In this document: positions 11,262-19,564 of the stretch, piece by piece | How the letters are laid out: every line of letters starts with the position of its first letter | How positions within the stretch are numbered: position 1 is the first letter of the stretch | Assembly (NCBI GenBank): GCA_963719515.1 | Contig: CAVRCJ010000007.1 | Span: forward strand, 96,001 to 160,000 | Origin: an uncultured cyanobacterium | GTDB taxonomy: Bacteria; Cyanobacteriota; Cyanobacteriia; CAKZMO01 | Length of the DNA stretch: 64,000 nt | Direction of reading: 5' to 3' | The notes under the pieces: generated by a model | Told to the model about the DNA's origin: nothing | Database searches by the model: none | What the model saw: the letters and a program-made list of their open reading frames with translations, nothing else | Position numbers and translations under genes: made by a program

Positions 11262-12020
11262 ATGTCCCTATCCACATATATGGTCAGCACAGCGATTGTT
11301 TCAACGTCTGAGTCTTTAGTTAAGGATCCCCTCAACGACGGCAAAAGCCGTATTCAGCTCTTATCTCACATGGGTTCAGACCTAGACGTGGTCAATGACG
11401 CTCGCGCCTCCTTTGAGAGAGTGTCCGACGAGCTGGCCGAAAAAGACATCAAGCTACTGAATTATCTTGCTGCTCATCAACACACGTCTCCCTTTCGTGG
11501 CGTCGTATTCAAATTCAAGGTTAAAGCACCCCTATTTCTGGCCCGCCAGTGGTGGAAGCACACAATTGCCAGCAGCCACAGCGACGAGCAGGTGGGCTGG
11601 AACGAGAAGAGCTTTCGCTACGTTGCGATTGAAGATGGTCAGGAGTTTTACTGCCCCCAGACCTTTCGTCTGCAGGCTAAATCCAACAAGCAGGCCACTG
11701 AGGGTGATCTCGACCCCGCAGCCAACCAGCAGGCGATCGCCACCTACGAGACGCTTTGTCGCCAGAGCTATGAGGCCTACCGACAGCTGCTCGATCTGGG
11801 GGTTGGCCGAGAGCAAGCGCGGGGCGTGCTTGTCCCTGCCGTTTATACCTCCTGGGTTTGGACAGTTTCCCTGCAGGCCCTGCTGCACTTCCTCCAGCTG
11901 CGACTGGGTAAAGGCGCACAGAATGAGATCACCGCCTACGCCCAGGCCATACATGACCTAGTGCTGCCCATCGTGCCCCATTCAATCGCCGCCTGGGAGA
12001 AAAGCCTAGGTTCGAAGTGA
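11262..12020 (+). CDS. thyX: FAD-dependent thymidylate synthase
   Basis: MGSDLDVVNDARASF, HTSPF, KAPLFLARQW, WNEKSFRY, REQARGVL, AQNEI. Start is uncertain (11256/11262/11280). Confidence 0.9.
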   Translation: MSLSTYMVSTAIVSTSESLVKDPLNDGKSRIQLLSHMGSDLDVVNDARASFERVSDELAEKDIKLLNYLAAHQHTSPFRGVVFKFKVKAPLFLARQWWKHTIASSHSDEQVGWNEKSFRYVAIEDGQEFYCPQTFRLQAKSNKQATEGDLDPAANQQAIATYETLCRQSYEAYRQLLDLGVGREQARGVLVPAVYTSWVWTVSLQALLHFLQLRLGKGAQNEITAYAQAIHDLVLPIVPHSIAAWEKSLGSK

Positions 12021-12117
12021 CCTATGACAGCGGATTAAGAAGTAGCCCATTACCGAGGACTGCGCGTTTAGGATGGATTAGCGTAGAAACAGGAAGTCTA
12101 TGCGCTGAGGAAACCCT

Positions 12118-13533
12118 ATGTGGCGTTGCTGGTTGCTTATCCTGCTGTTTTTGGGAACGGGCTGTGTCAAAACAGGCACCGAGCAGTCTACCGAGGCGTC
12201 TTCTGCAACTGACTCGTCAGCTTTGGGAATCGCTTCCTCGGATGAGATCACCACAATTACCGCCGATCGCCTCGGTCCTGCTCGCTTAGGAGCAACCTTT
12301 GGCGAACTCAAGGCTGAGGTGAATCGGGTGTTTGGAAACGCGATCACCTTTGCCTCCGTGCCCAACTTCATGGTGGATTTGGACGCGATCGCCGTCACCC
12401 TGGGAGACGAGACGCTGTTCTACGTGCTGCAGTTTAGCTCAGAGCCCCTCAGCGATGACGATCCGGTCAGGCTGCTGCTGACAACCAACCCCCGCTTCAA
12501 GACCACTGCCGGAGTGGGACCGGGGACACGGCTGCCGCAGGCCGAAGCGGTCTATGGCGAAGCGACGCTAGCCTACAGCGCGGAAAATGAGACGCGAGAA
12601 TCCGTCCAATTCAGCCGTTTTGAGCCCGTCAGCGTTGTCTTTCGCACCAACGGCTTCGCTGACGGAGAGGCGGCTGCGCTGGCTGGGCTGTACGCCGAGC
12701 CGATGGAGGGCTCTTTCTACAAGACGACGCAGTACCGCAGCGATGCTGTCATCCAGGCCGTGATGCTGGACGGTCAGCGGTTAGAGGCCTCTAGGCGATC
12801 TGCCGGAGACGGGGCCACGGACGCGGCAAGTAGCGACGCCGCAGGTGAGGCCGCAAGCGAGCCGCCCTCTGCGAGTGCCTCCGAGGACGCACCAGCCGAT
12901 AACCCAACCCCCAGCGAAAAGGCCGACAGGATCTCTTATGCAGAGGCCGACCGCCAGCTCAACCGCACCTATCGAACGGTGACCAATGCGCTGTCGCCAG
13001 ACGCTCAAGCAGAGCTAGTAGCGGCACAGCGCAGCTGGATTTCGTTTCGAGACGCCGAATGCGCGTTTCAGCCGCTGCTTGGAGTCGATCAAGAGGACTG
13101 CCTCGCTGAGCTGACCGGCGATCGCACGGCTCAGCTCAACCTGCTACTGACGGATGAGGCGCTTATCGTTTCGGACTCGCTCCTCGCAGGACTGGGCACC
13201 GTCGATGTCGTCAGCAGCGGCGGAGAGATCGTCAACTGCGATGATCCCCAAGACACGTCATCCGTCAGCTATTGCACGTTCCTGGCCTACGAGCGGGAGG
13301 ACGCCCGCCTCAATAAGGTGTACCAGGCTATCCAAAGCGGCCCCAGCGATCCCGTAAAAGAGAGTCTGGTGGACGCACAGCTAGCCTGGATTGACTTCCG
13401 CGACGCCCATTGTCTGTCAGAGGTCCAAGAGGCCTACGGGGCAACGGGCTATAACGCCTACTACGCAGCCTGCCAGGCTCGGATCACCCAGCAGCGCACC
13501 AGCAGGCTATCCGGCTATAGCGACCTGCTTTAG
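12118..13533 (+). CDS. Lipoprotein with two LprI/DUF1311 (lysozyme inhibitor-like) domains
   Basis: Lipobox LGTGC; two repeats of ADxxLNxxY...L..AQ..WI.FRDA.C. Confidence 0.8.
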   Translation: MWRCWLLILLFLGTGCVKTGTEQSTEASSATDSSALGIASSDEITTITADRLGPARLGATFGELKAEVNRVFGNAITFASVPNFMVDLDAIAVTLGDETLFYVLQFSSEPLSDDDPVRLLLTTNPRFKTTAGVGPGTRLPQAEAVYGEATLAYSAENETRESVQFSRFEPVSVVFRTNGFADGEAAALAGLYAEPMEGSFYKTTQYRSDAVIQAVMLDGQRLEASRRSAGDGATDAASSDAAGEAASEPPSASASEDAPADNPTPSEKADRISYAEADRQLNRTYRTVTNALSPDAQAELVAAQRSWISFRDAECAFQPLLGVDQEDCLAELTGDRTAQLNLLLTDEALIVSDSLLAGLGTVDVVSSGGEIVNCDDPQDTSSVSYCTFLAYEREDARLNKVYQAIQSGPSDPVKESLVDAQLAWIDFRDAHCLSEVQEAYGATGYNAYYAACQARITQQRTSRLSGYSDLL

Positions 13534-14391
13534 CACCGCGATCGGTCCGTGGGTCTTGAGAAGGTCGAGCTGAGCGTCATCCTGGACAAACAGCGAGCCC
13601 GCAAAGCCAAGAGAATTGACGGAAATCGACTTGAACGACTCTTGCGATCGCGGCACTACCAGCATCCACCGCCGCGTAAACAGCAGATTATATGCCTCGG
13701 TCTGCTGGGCCCCGCTGACCGTGATGTCAACCGCCTGGAGGAGCCTGCGGTAGGCCGCGAGCAGCTGGGAGGCTGACTCGATAGGGGCCAGGGCCATGGC
13801 GCTATGGAAGAAAGGCAGGGCAGGCAGCCGGTGGGGTGCGCCGAGGCATTCAAACTGCAGCACGGCATCTATTGGAATCTCGTCCGTGGCGGTGGGAATG
13901 AGCTGCAGGTGCTTATGGCGCTGACTCGCCCCCGCTAAAGTGCCGCCGTTGTAGAACGCTAGACCCTCCATCTCAGACAGACAGCGCCAGACGGCGTCAA
14001 AATCTTGTTCATTGAGCCAGGCCTCTTGCGATTCGAACGCTCGCGTCACCATGAGTAGGTGATGATCCACGACATTGTACTTATTGAGCAAGCAGAGGTG
14101 GGTGGATGAGAGATTACCGACGAATAAATCGCTGTCGTAGGGCAAAAATGGGTTGAAGGGCTTTCCGTCTGCCGTGGATTTTGTCTGCTTTTTTTTGGCC
14201 TGCGCCTTGCGCGCTAGGTTGGCCAAGATACGCACGACAAACCGCACCCCTTGATCCTCCACAAACTGAGCCTGCGTTGGAATGGACTGCAGTGCCCCAC
14301 AGTCTAGGGCATGCTCAGTTTGCGCCTTGACGCGGGCCCAGAGCTGCGCTGGCGGGAGAACGGCGTCCGGGTTGAAGATTGAATCAGACAT
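13507..14391 (-). CDS. ATP adenylyltransferase (Ap4A phosphorylase II)
   Basis: NPFLPY, LLNKYNVVDHHLL, FYNGG..AGASQRHKHLQ, SVNSLGFAG. Confidence 0.9.
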   Translation of the reverse strand: MSDSIFNPDAVLPPAQLWARVKAQTEHALDCGALQSIPTQAQFVEDQGVRFVVRILANLARKAQAKKKQTKSTADGKPFNPFLPYDSDLFVGNLSSTHLCLLNKYNVVDHHLLMVTRAFESQEAWLNEQDFDAVWRCLSEMEGLAFYNGGTLAGASQRHKHLQLIPTATDEIPIDAVLQFECLGAPHRLPALPFFHSAMALAPIESASQLLAAYRRLLQAVDITVSGAQQTEAYNLLFTRRWMLVVPRSQESFKSISVNSLGFAGSLFVQDDAQLDLLKTHGPIAVLKQVAIAG

Positions 14392-14424
14392 AGGAGTTAG
14401 CGACTGGGCGGGATATCTTGCGGC

Positions 14425-14667
14425 TTAGAGAATCTCAACCTGCTGAACTTCTAGCACCGGGCCGATCATCGACAGCGTCATCACATCGTTTCGGACCCGG
14501 CCCGTCACCCGCGCCCTGAGTCCATCCTGCTGCAGCTCAGCGGGCTGTCCCTGGTAGATCTCGTAGGTGCGATCGCTCCCCTTAAACGCCCAGGCCCCTG
14601 TCCCCATGCTGGAGTAGACCACCGTCCCCTCAACTGTGATCATCTGCTCATCCGTAGAACTGCTCAT
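14425..14667 (-). CDS. Small conserved hypothetical protein (80 aa), translationally coupled to the S8 peptidase
   Basis: ATG at 14667 overlaps the peptidase stop (ATGA); sequence MGTGAWA...VMTLSMIGPVLEV. Confidence 0.75.
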   Translation of the reverse strand: MSSSTDEQMITVEGTVVYSSMGTGAWAFKGSDRTYEIYQGQPAELQQDGLRARVTGRVRNDVMTLSMIGPVLEVQQVEIL

Positions 14668-16460
14668 CGGGCCGCCTCCACCCTTAACGCTAAGTAAGCC
14701 AATACTACACAGAACCCCGCATTCACGAGTAAAAAGAGGCTGGCGATCGCCCCGCCTCCCAGCCATATTAGAGTTGGCGTAAGAAAGGCGCTGACGGCCA
14801 AGCAGCTGGCGACCCCGAGGGTGCTGCCCACGGCAAACCACTTCAGCGTCGGGTGGGAGAGCAGCAGCGCCAGCAGCGCTAGCGGGATGAGGGCGCTGGC
14901 CGTAATCGGGTTCAACGCGCCGCTGCCCCCCACGGCGGTCCCGAGCTCTGGGAGGGAGCTGCCCATCACCCGCATCGGCCACTGGGGCAAGTCAAAGACG
15001 TACAGGCCCCGCAGAAAAAACGCGCCCGCGCTGCCGCCAATTAAGCCGCTGGTAAACCAGCCGCTGCCGAGGAAAGGAGCGGTGAAGGGCAAATAGGTGC
15101 GCAGCACCCAGGCCAGCAGGTAAGACCCCAGCACCATGCCGATTTTCGGCAGCAGGGCCACCACGCCGCCGTCAAACCAAAAGCGCAGGTTAAGGTAGCC
15201 GTTGCGGTTGAGCCAGCCGAAGAAGTCTTTGGGAGAGATTTTGCCGGTTTGGGCCAGCTTGACGGCGGCAGCGGCGTCTAGGTGTCCGGTCCCCAGGTAG
15301 TTCAGCTCGTCGCTGCGGGCGGCCCGAGAGGACTGGAAAAGGGTTTGGGCCACCTCGTCAGGATCGTCGACGCCAGAAGCCACCACCAGCGCCGCCACGC
15401 CGCTGACGTGGGCCGTCGCCATGGAGGTGCCCTGGAGCGGCCTGAGGGCTGAGGTTCCCTCGTTGGGAACAATCGTATCCTGCAAAATGCCGCCGGTTTC
15501 GGCTTCGCCGAGACTGCCGCCGGGTGCAGCGATATTGACTCCCGCGCCGTAGTTAGAGTAGGGGGCTCTAGCTCCCGTGGCGTCTGTGGCCGAGACGGCG
15601 ATCGCATGGGGGTAGCGGGCCGGGTAGGCGGCGGAATTCTCGTCGGAGTTTCCGGCTGCCGCGACGATGACCACCCCCTTGTCGTGGGCGTAGTCAATGG
15701 ACTGCCGCAGCACCGCACTGTCCCCTAAGCCGCCCAGGCTGAGGTTGACCACGTTGGCCCCGTTGTCGGCGGCGTAGCGAATTGCCTCCGCAATGTCGAC
15801 CACGCTGCCGCCCCCCGACGCGCTCAGCACTTTGAGAGGCATTAGGGTAGCGCCGTGGGCGATTCCCGCCACTCCGTAGCCGTTGTCGGTGGACTGGGCA
15901 ATGGTGCCGGCAATGTGGGTGCCGTGGCCGTTGTCGTCTGAGGTGTCGCTGCTGTTGTCGACAAAGTTATAGCCCGTCGCAAACTTGGTTTGTGCCAAGT
16001 CCTTGACGCGGCTGATGCCGGTGTCGATCACCGCCACGGTCACCCCCTCACCCTGAGTTTCATCCCAGGCGGGCTCTATATTGATGCTGCGGAAGTTCCA
16101 CTGCTCTGGGTAGCCGGGGTCGTTGGGGGCCTTGGTCGCTTTGTAAATATAGTTGGGCTCAATGGCTTCGGTGACCGCCTTCAGCTCTGAGCGCCGCAGC
16201 TGCTTGAGGCGCTGGCGCTGCTCGGAGGCTGACCCGAGGGCGTCACCTGAGAGGAGGTAGGTGCGCTCAGCTTCGGAGTAAGGGCTGTTGAGCCGCGCCG
16301 AGGGAACGCCCCAGTCTGCTAACTGCTGCTCAATTTGCGCAGGCGACAGGTCATCGCGAAAATCAAGAATAAGGCCGTCGTATTCAGCTCGTCCCCCGGC
16401 CAGCGTCGTCAGCGCCCAGCCCAACCCCACCAAAAACAGGATTCCCCACTGCCACTTCAT
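14664..16460 (-). CDS. S8 (subtilisin) serine peptidase with signal peptide and C-terminal membrane domain
   Basis: Catalytic triad VIDTG / HGTH / GTSMA; hydrophobic C-terminal helices. Confidence 0.92.
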   Translation of the reverse strand: MKWQWGILFLVGLGWALTTLAGGRAEYDGLILDFRDDLSPAQIEQQLADWGVPSARLNSPYSEAERTYLLSGDALGSASEQRQRLKQLRRSELKAVTEAIEPNYIYKATKAPNDPGYPEQWNFRSINIEPAWDETQGEGVTVAVIDTGISRVKDLAQTKFATGYNFVDNSSDTSDDNGHGTHIAGTIAQSTDNGYGVAGIAHGATLMPLKVLSASGGGSVVDIAEAIRYAADNGANVVNLSLGGLGDSAVLRQSIDYAHDKGVVIVAAAGNSDENSAAYPARYPHAIAVSATDATGARAPYSNYGAGVNIAAPGGSLGEAETGGILQDTIVPNEGTSALRPLQGTSMATAHVSGVAALVVASGVDDPDEVAQTLFQSSRAARSDELNYLGTGHLDAAAAVKLAQTGKISPKDFFGWLNRNGYLNLRFWFDGGVVALLPKIGMVLGSYLLAWVLRTYLPFTAPFLGSGWFTSGLIGGSAGAFFLRGLYVFDLPQWPMRVMGSSLPELGTAVGGSGALNPITASALIPLALLALLLSHPTLKWFAVGSTLGVASCLAVSAFLTPTLIWLGGGAIASLFLLVNAGFCVVLAYLALRVEAAR

Positions 16461-16582
16461 AGACTTAACCAGGTGTAAAAGTACAAAGGGTAAAGATATG
16501 TCCTACCATAGCTCAGCCGTTTCTTAACTTAAGCCTAGAATAAAGAGGATGACGTAAAACTTTAGCTCCAACGCCTCAGATT

Positions 16583-17002
16583 ATGCTGCACGGATTGATG
16601 TGGTTTCCCCTGCTAGCTATTTTTATTGGCCTTACCTGGGCTGGCTGGAACGAATACCGGAAAGTAGAGGCCTATCGGGTCTGGGCTGAAACCTACGATC
16701 GCGCTAAGTACGACGTGCGGGCAATTTTGGGCCAGCGAGATCACGCGCTGATTTGGGGGCCGCCTACGCGTCAAGGTCTGGTGTCACAACAGTCGGTTTC
16801 TCTCAAAGAGGTTGAGTCCTTTCAAGTGCGGGTGGGCGGCCAGCTGGTCGACGCTGCGCCCTCGGGAAAGTCGGCGGTGCTGGAGGTTTGCCTAATTGAT
16901 GGAACGCTGCGGTCAATTCCGTTCACAAACGCTGAGATGGCTTTGCAGTGGTGTCAGGCGCTTCAGAAAGACCTGCCTCAGCCTCAGCTCAATGCGCCGT
17001 AG
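16583..17002 (+). CDS. Conserved cyanobacterial membrane-anchored hypothetical protein upstream of ftsQ
   Basis: GLMWFPLL..F..L.WAGWNEY.K.EAYR.WA...DRAKYD pattern. Confidence 0.75.
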   Translation: MLHGLMWFPLLAIFIGLTWAGWNEYRKVEAYRVWAETYDRAKYDVRAILGQRDHALIWGPPTRQGLVSQQSVSLKEVESFQVRVGGQLVDAAPSGKSAVLEVCLIDGTLRSIPFTNAEMALQWCQALQKDLPQPQLNAP

Positions 17003-17018
17003 CGGATATTGATGCGAG

Positions 17019-17927
17019 ATGGCTAGACTCCGGTCCTCCCCCCTACAGCTTATTAAGCGTCGCCGGCAGCTAAGACGTCGGCGGCGCTGGCGCATTGTGC
17101 GATCGCTGTGGCGGTTTCTGGTGGTCTCGGCCATGACCGTCGGCGTCATCTGGACGATTTCTTTGCCGGGGTGGGTGCTGCGATCGCCTAAGCAGATCGT
17201 CGTGAGCGGCAATGACTTTCTGTCGACGGAGACGGTGCAAACGCTGCTGCCGATTGAATATCCGCGCTCCATTCTGCGGGTCAAGCCTAAGCCGCTGGCC
17301 GTGGCTCTCAAGTCGAAAGGGCCGATTGCTGAGGTCACCGTCAATCGCCAAATCCTGCCCCCTAGCCTCAAGGTTCACATTCGGGAGCAGCGACCCGTTG
17401 CGCTGTTGTTGGGTAAAACAGATCTACAGACGGCGGCGACCGCTGCGTCGCCGTCCAATTCAGTCGGCCTTACCCTACAGCCAACAGGTCTACTGGACGA
17501 AGCGGGAAGGCTGATTCCGATAGAGCGCTACAATACCGTCCGCCGGGACATCAATTTGCCTCAGCTGAAGCTGATTGGCATGGGCCAGAGATACCGCGAT
17601 TTGTGGTCGTCGCTCTATGTTCAAATTAGGCAGAGTCCCGTGGAGATAACTGAAGTTGATCTCCGGAATCCGGCAAATATTACAATTGACAGTAGTCTTG
17701 GCCTAGTGCACATCGGCTCTTACACTCCTGAACGCTTTGCGGAACAGCTCAAAACCCTTGACCGGATGCGAGACCTCCCCGAAACCCTGCCGCTGTCTGA
17801 GGTCGACTATATTGACCTGACAACCTTGGAACCCTTTTTACAGATGACAAATGGGGGAGGACTGGAAGCAGACGAACTAGAGGCTGCAGAGCTCGAGTTG
17901 GAGGGATCTGACCTAGAGACAGAGTAG
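17019..17927 (+). CDS. ftsQ: Cell division protein FtsQ/DivIB
   Basis: Basic N-terminus, single transmembrane helix, POTRA-like region, YIDL motif; upstream of ftsZ. Confidence 0.88.
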   Translation: MARLRSSPLQLIKRRRQLRRRRRWRIVRSLWRFLVVSAMTVGVIWTISLPGWVLRSPKQIVVSGNDFLSTETVQTLLPIEYPRSILRVKPKPLAVALKSKGPIAEVTVNRQILPPSLKVHIREQRPVALLLGKTDLQTAATAASPSNSVGLTLQPTGLLDEAGRLIPIERYNTVRRDINLPQLKLIGMGQRYRDLWSSLYVQIRQSPVEITEVDLRNPANITIDSSLGLVHIGSYTPERFAEQLKTLDRMRDLPETLPLSEVDYIDLTTLEPFLQMTNGGGLEADELEAAELELEGSDLETE

Positions 17928-18205
17928 CTCGCTCAGCTCCCTCGCTTGAGGGCTTAGAATGCTGTTTATGATCGTGGCTGAGGCGATCGCCCTTAGATGA
18001 CTTCAGGCAGGATATTTGGGAGCGACGCCTTTGCCAGCGCCGTTTCTAGAGACGGTTGGTGTTTTAGAGCAACTTACCCTATAGTGAACAAGAATAGCCC
18101 CGTGCTCAATGGATATCCTCTTCGCTGCGCACTACAATGGTTCTGCCTTGTGCGGGTCGGGTGAGCTTCTAGTTTAGCTAGCTATTATGCAGGTGCATTC
18201 CTTGG

Positions 18206-18258
18206 TAGATAGTATTGTACTGAAATAGATAGTATTGTACTGAAATAGATTGTACTGA
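18206..18258 (+). repeat. 20-bp tandem repeat (2 full copies + 1 shortened) in the ftsZ leader
   Basis: TAGATAGTATTGTACTGAAA twice (18206-18245), then TAGATTGTACTGA. Confidence 0.9.
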
Positions 18259-18294
18259 CTGGCCCTAACGTTCGCTGCTGTGTCTTAGCTGCCG

Positions 18295-19527
18295 ATGAAT
18301 ACCGCGAATACATCAAATCCTTTTACAGACCCTAGATCCCACATAAGTCAGATCAGTAGTGGGCAGGCAAATAGTGGGCAGACAAACAGTCACGATAACG
18401 GTGTGCCAGACGAGCAGTCGAGGGGTAATTCGGTCGTGCCAAGCAGCGTAGCGAGAATTAAAGTTATTGGTATAGGCGGGGGGGGCTGCAACGCCGTGAA
18501 CCGCATGATCGCCAGCGATGTGTCGGGGATCGAGTTTTGGGCTATCAATACGGATGCTCAAGCGCTGGAGAGTTCCTCGTCCAAAAACGGACTTCAGGTG
18601 GGTCAGAAGCTGACCCGAGGGCTAGGCGCTGGGGGAAATCCCGCCATTGGCCAGAAAGCCGCTGAGGAATCTAGGGACGAGATTGCGGCCGCTTTAGAAG
18701 GCTCAGACTTGGTCTTTATCACCGCCGGTATGGGCGGCGGTACCGGCACTGGCGGTGCGCCTGTGGTTGCCGAAGTCGCGAAGGAAGTTGGGGCGCTGAC
18801 GGTTGGTGTGGTGACGCGTCCGTTCATGTTTGAGGGGCGGCGGCGGACCTCTCAAGCTGAGGAGGGCATTGCGGCGCTGCAAAGTCGGGTAGACACGCTG
18901 ATTATGATTCCGAATGACAAGCTGCTGTCGGTGATTTCTGAGCAGACGCCGGTCCAAGAAGCCTTTCAGGTCGCGGACGACATTCTGCGCCAGGGCGTCC
19001 AAGGTATTTCAGATATTATTACGGTGCCTGGCTTGGTCAACGTTGACTTTGCGGACGTGCGCACCGTTATGGCGGATGCAGGCTCTGCGCTGATGGGCAT
19101 CGGCATCGGCTCCGGGAAATCTCGCTCTCGCGAAGCGGCGATCGCAGCCATCTCTTCTCCCCTGCTTGAATCTTCGATTGACGGGGCGAAGGGTGTGGTC
19201 TTCAATATCACGGGCGGAAGCGACCTGACCCTCCATGAGGTCAACGGGGCGGCAGAGATTATTTATGAAGCCGTCGACCCCAACGCCAACATCATTTTTG
19301 GGGCGGTGATCGACGATCGCCTCCAGGGTGAGGTTCGCATCACCGTCATTGCTACAGGGTTTGCGCCAGAGTCGGGAGAAATGCAGGTCGAGACTCCTCG
19401 CATTGCCCCCTTAAAGCGTCCGTCGTCAAAGCCTACGTTTTCGGCGGCGCCGTCGGAGCCTGCGCCCAAGTCTTCGGGTGGCCTCGATATTCCCGAATTT
19501 TTGCAGCGGCGGCGTCCATCCCGATAG
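18295..19527 (+). CDS. ftsZ: Cell division protein FtsZ
   Basis: [33 protein letters not shown]-terminal LDIPEFL. Confidence 0.98.
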   Translation: MNTANTSNPFTDPRSHISQISSGQANSGQTNSHDNGVPDEQSRGNSVVPSSVARIKVIGIGGGGCNAVNRMIASDVSGIEFWAINTDAQALESSSSKNGLQVGQKLTRGLGAGGNPAIGQKAAEESRDEIAAALEGSDLVFITAGMGGGTGTGGAPVVAEVAKEVGALTVGVVTRPFMFEGRRRTSQAEEGIAALQSRVDTLIMIPNDKLLSVISEQTPVQEAFQVADDILRQGVQGISDIITVPGLVNVDFADVRTVMADAGSALMGIGIGSGKSRSREAAIAAISSPLLESSIDGAKGVVFNITGGSDLTLHEVNGAAEIIYEAVDPNANIIFGAVIDDRLQGEVRITVIATGFAPESGEMQVETPRIAPLKRPSSKPTFSAAPSEPAPKSSGGLDIPEFLQRRRPSR

Positions 19528-19564
19528 GGCCGATTTTGATAGGGGGCGATTTGGAAATCGCTTC

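Noticed and set aside
14668..14982. N-terminal extension of ORF 14425-14982
   Set aside because: It overlaps the S8 peptidase out of frame; the ATG at 14667, coupled to the peptidase stop, is the plausible start.
18205..18245. NtcA or LexA box in the ftsZ repeat
   Set aside because: The spacing fits neither GTA-N8-TAC nor RGTAC-N3-DGTWC.
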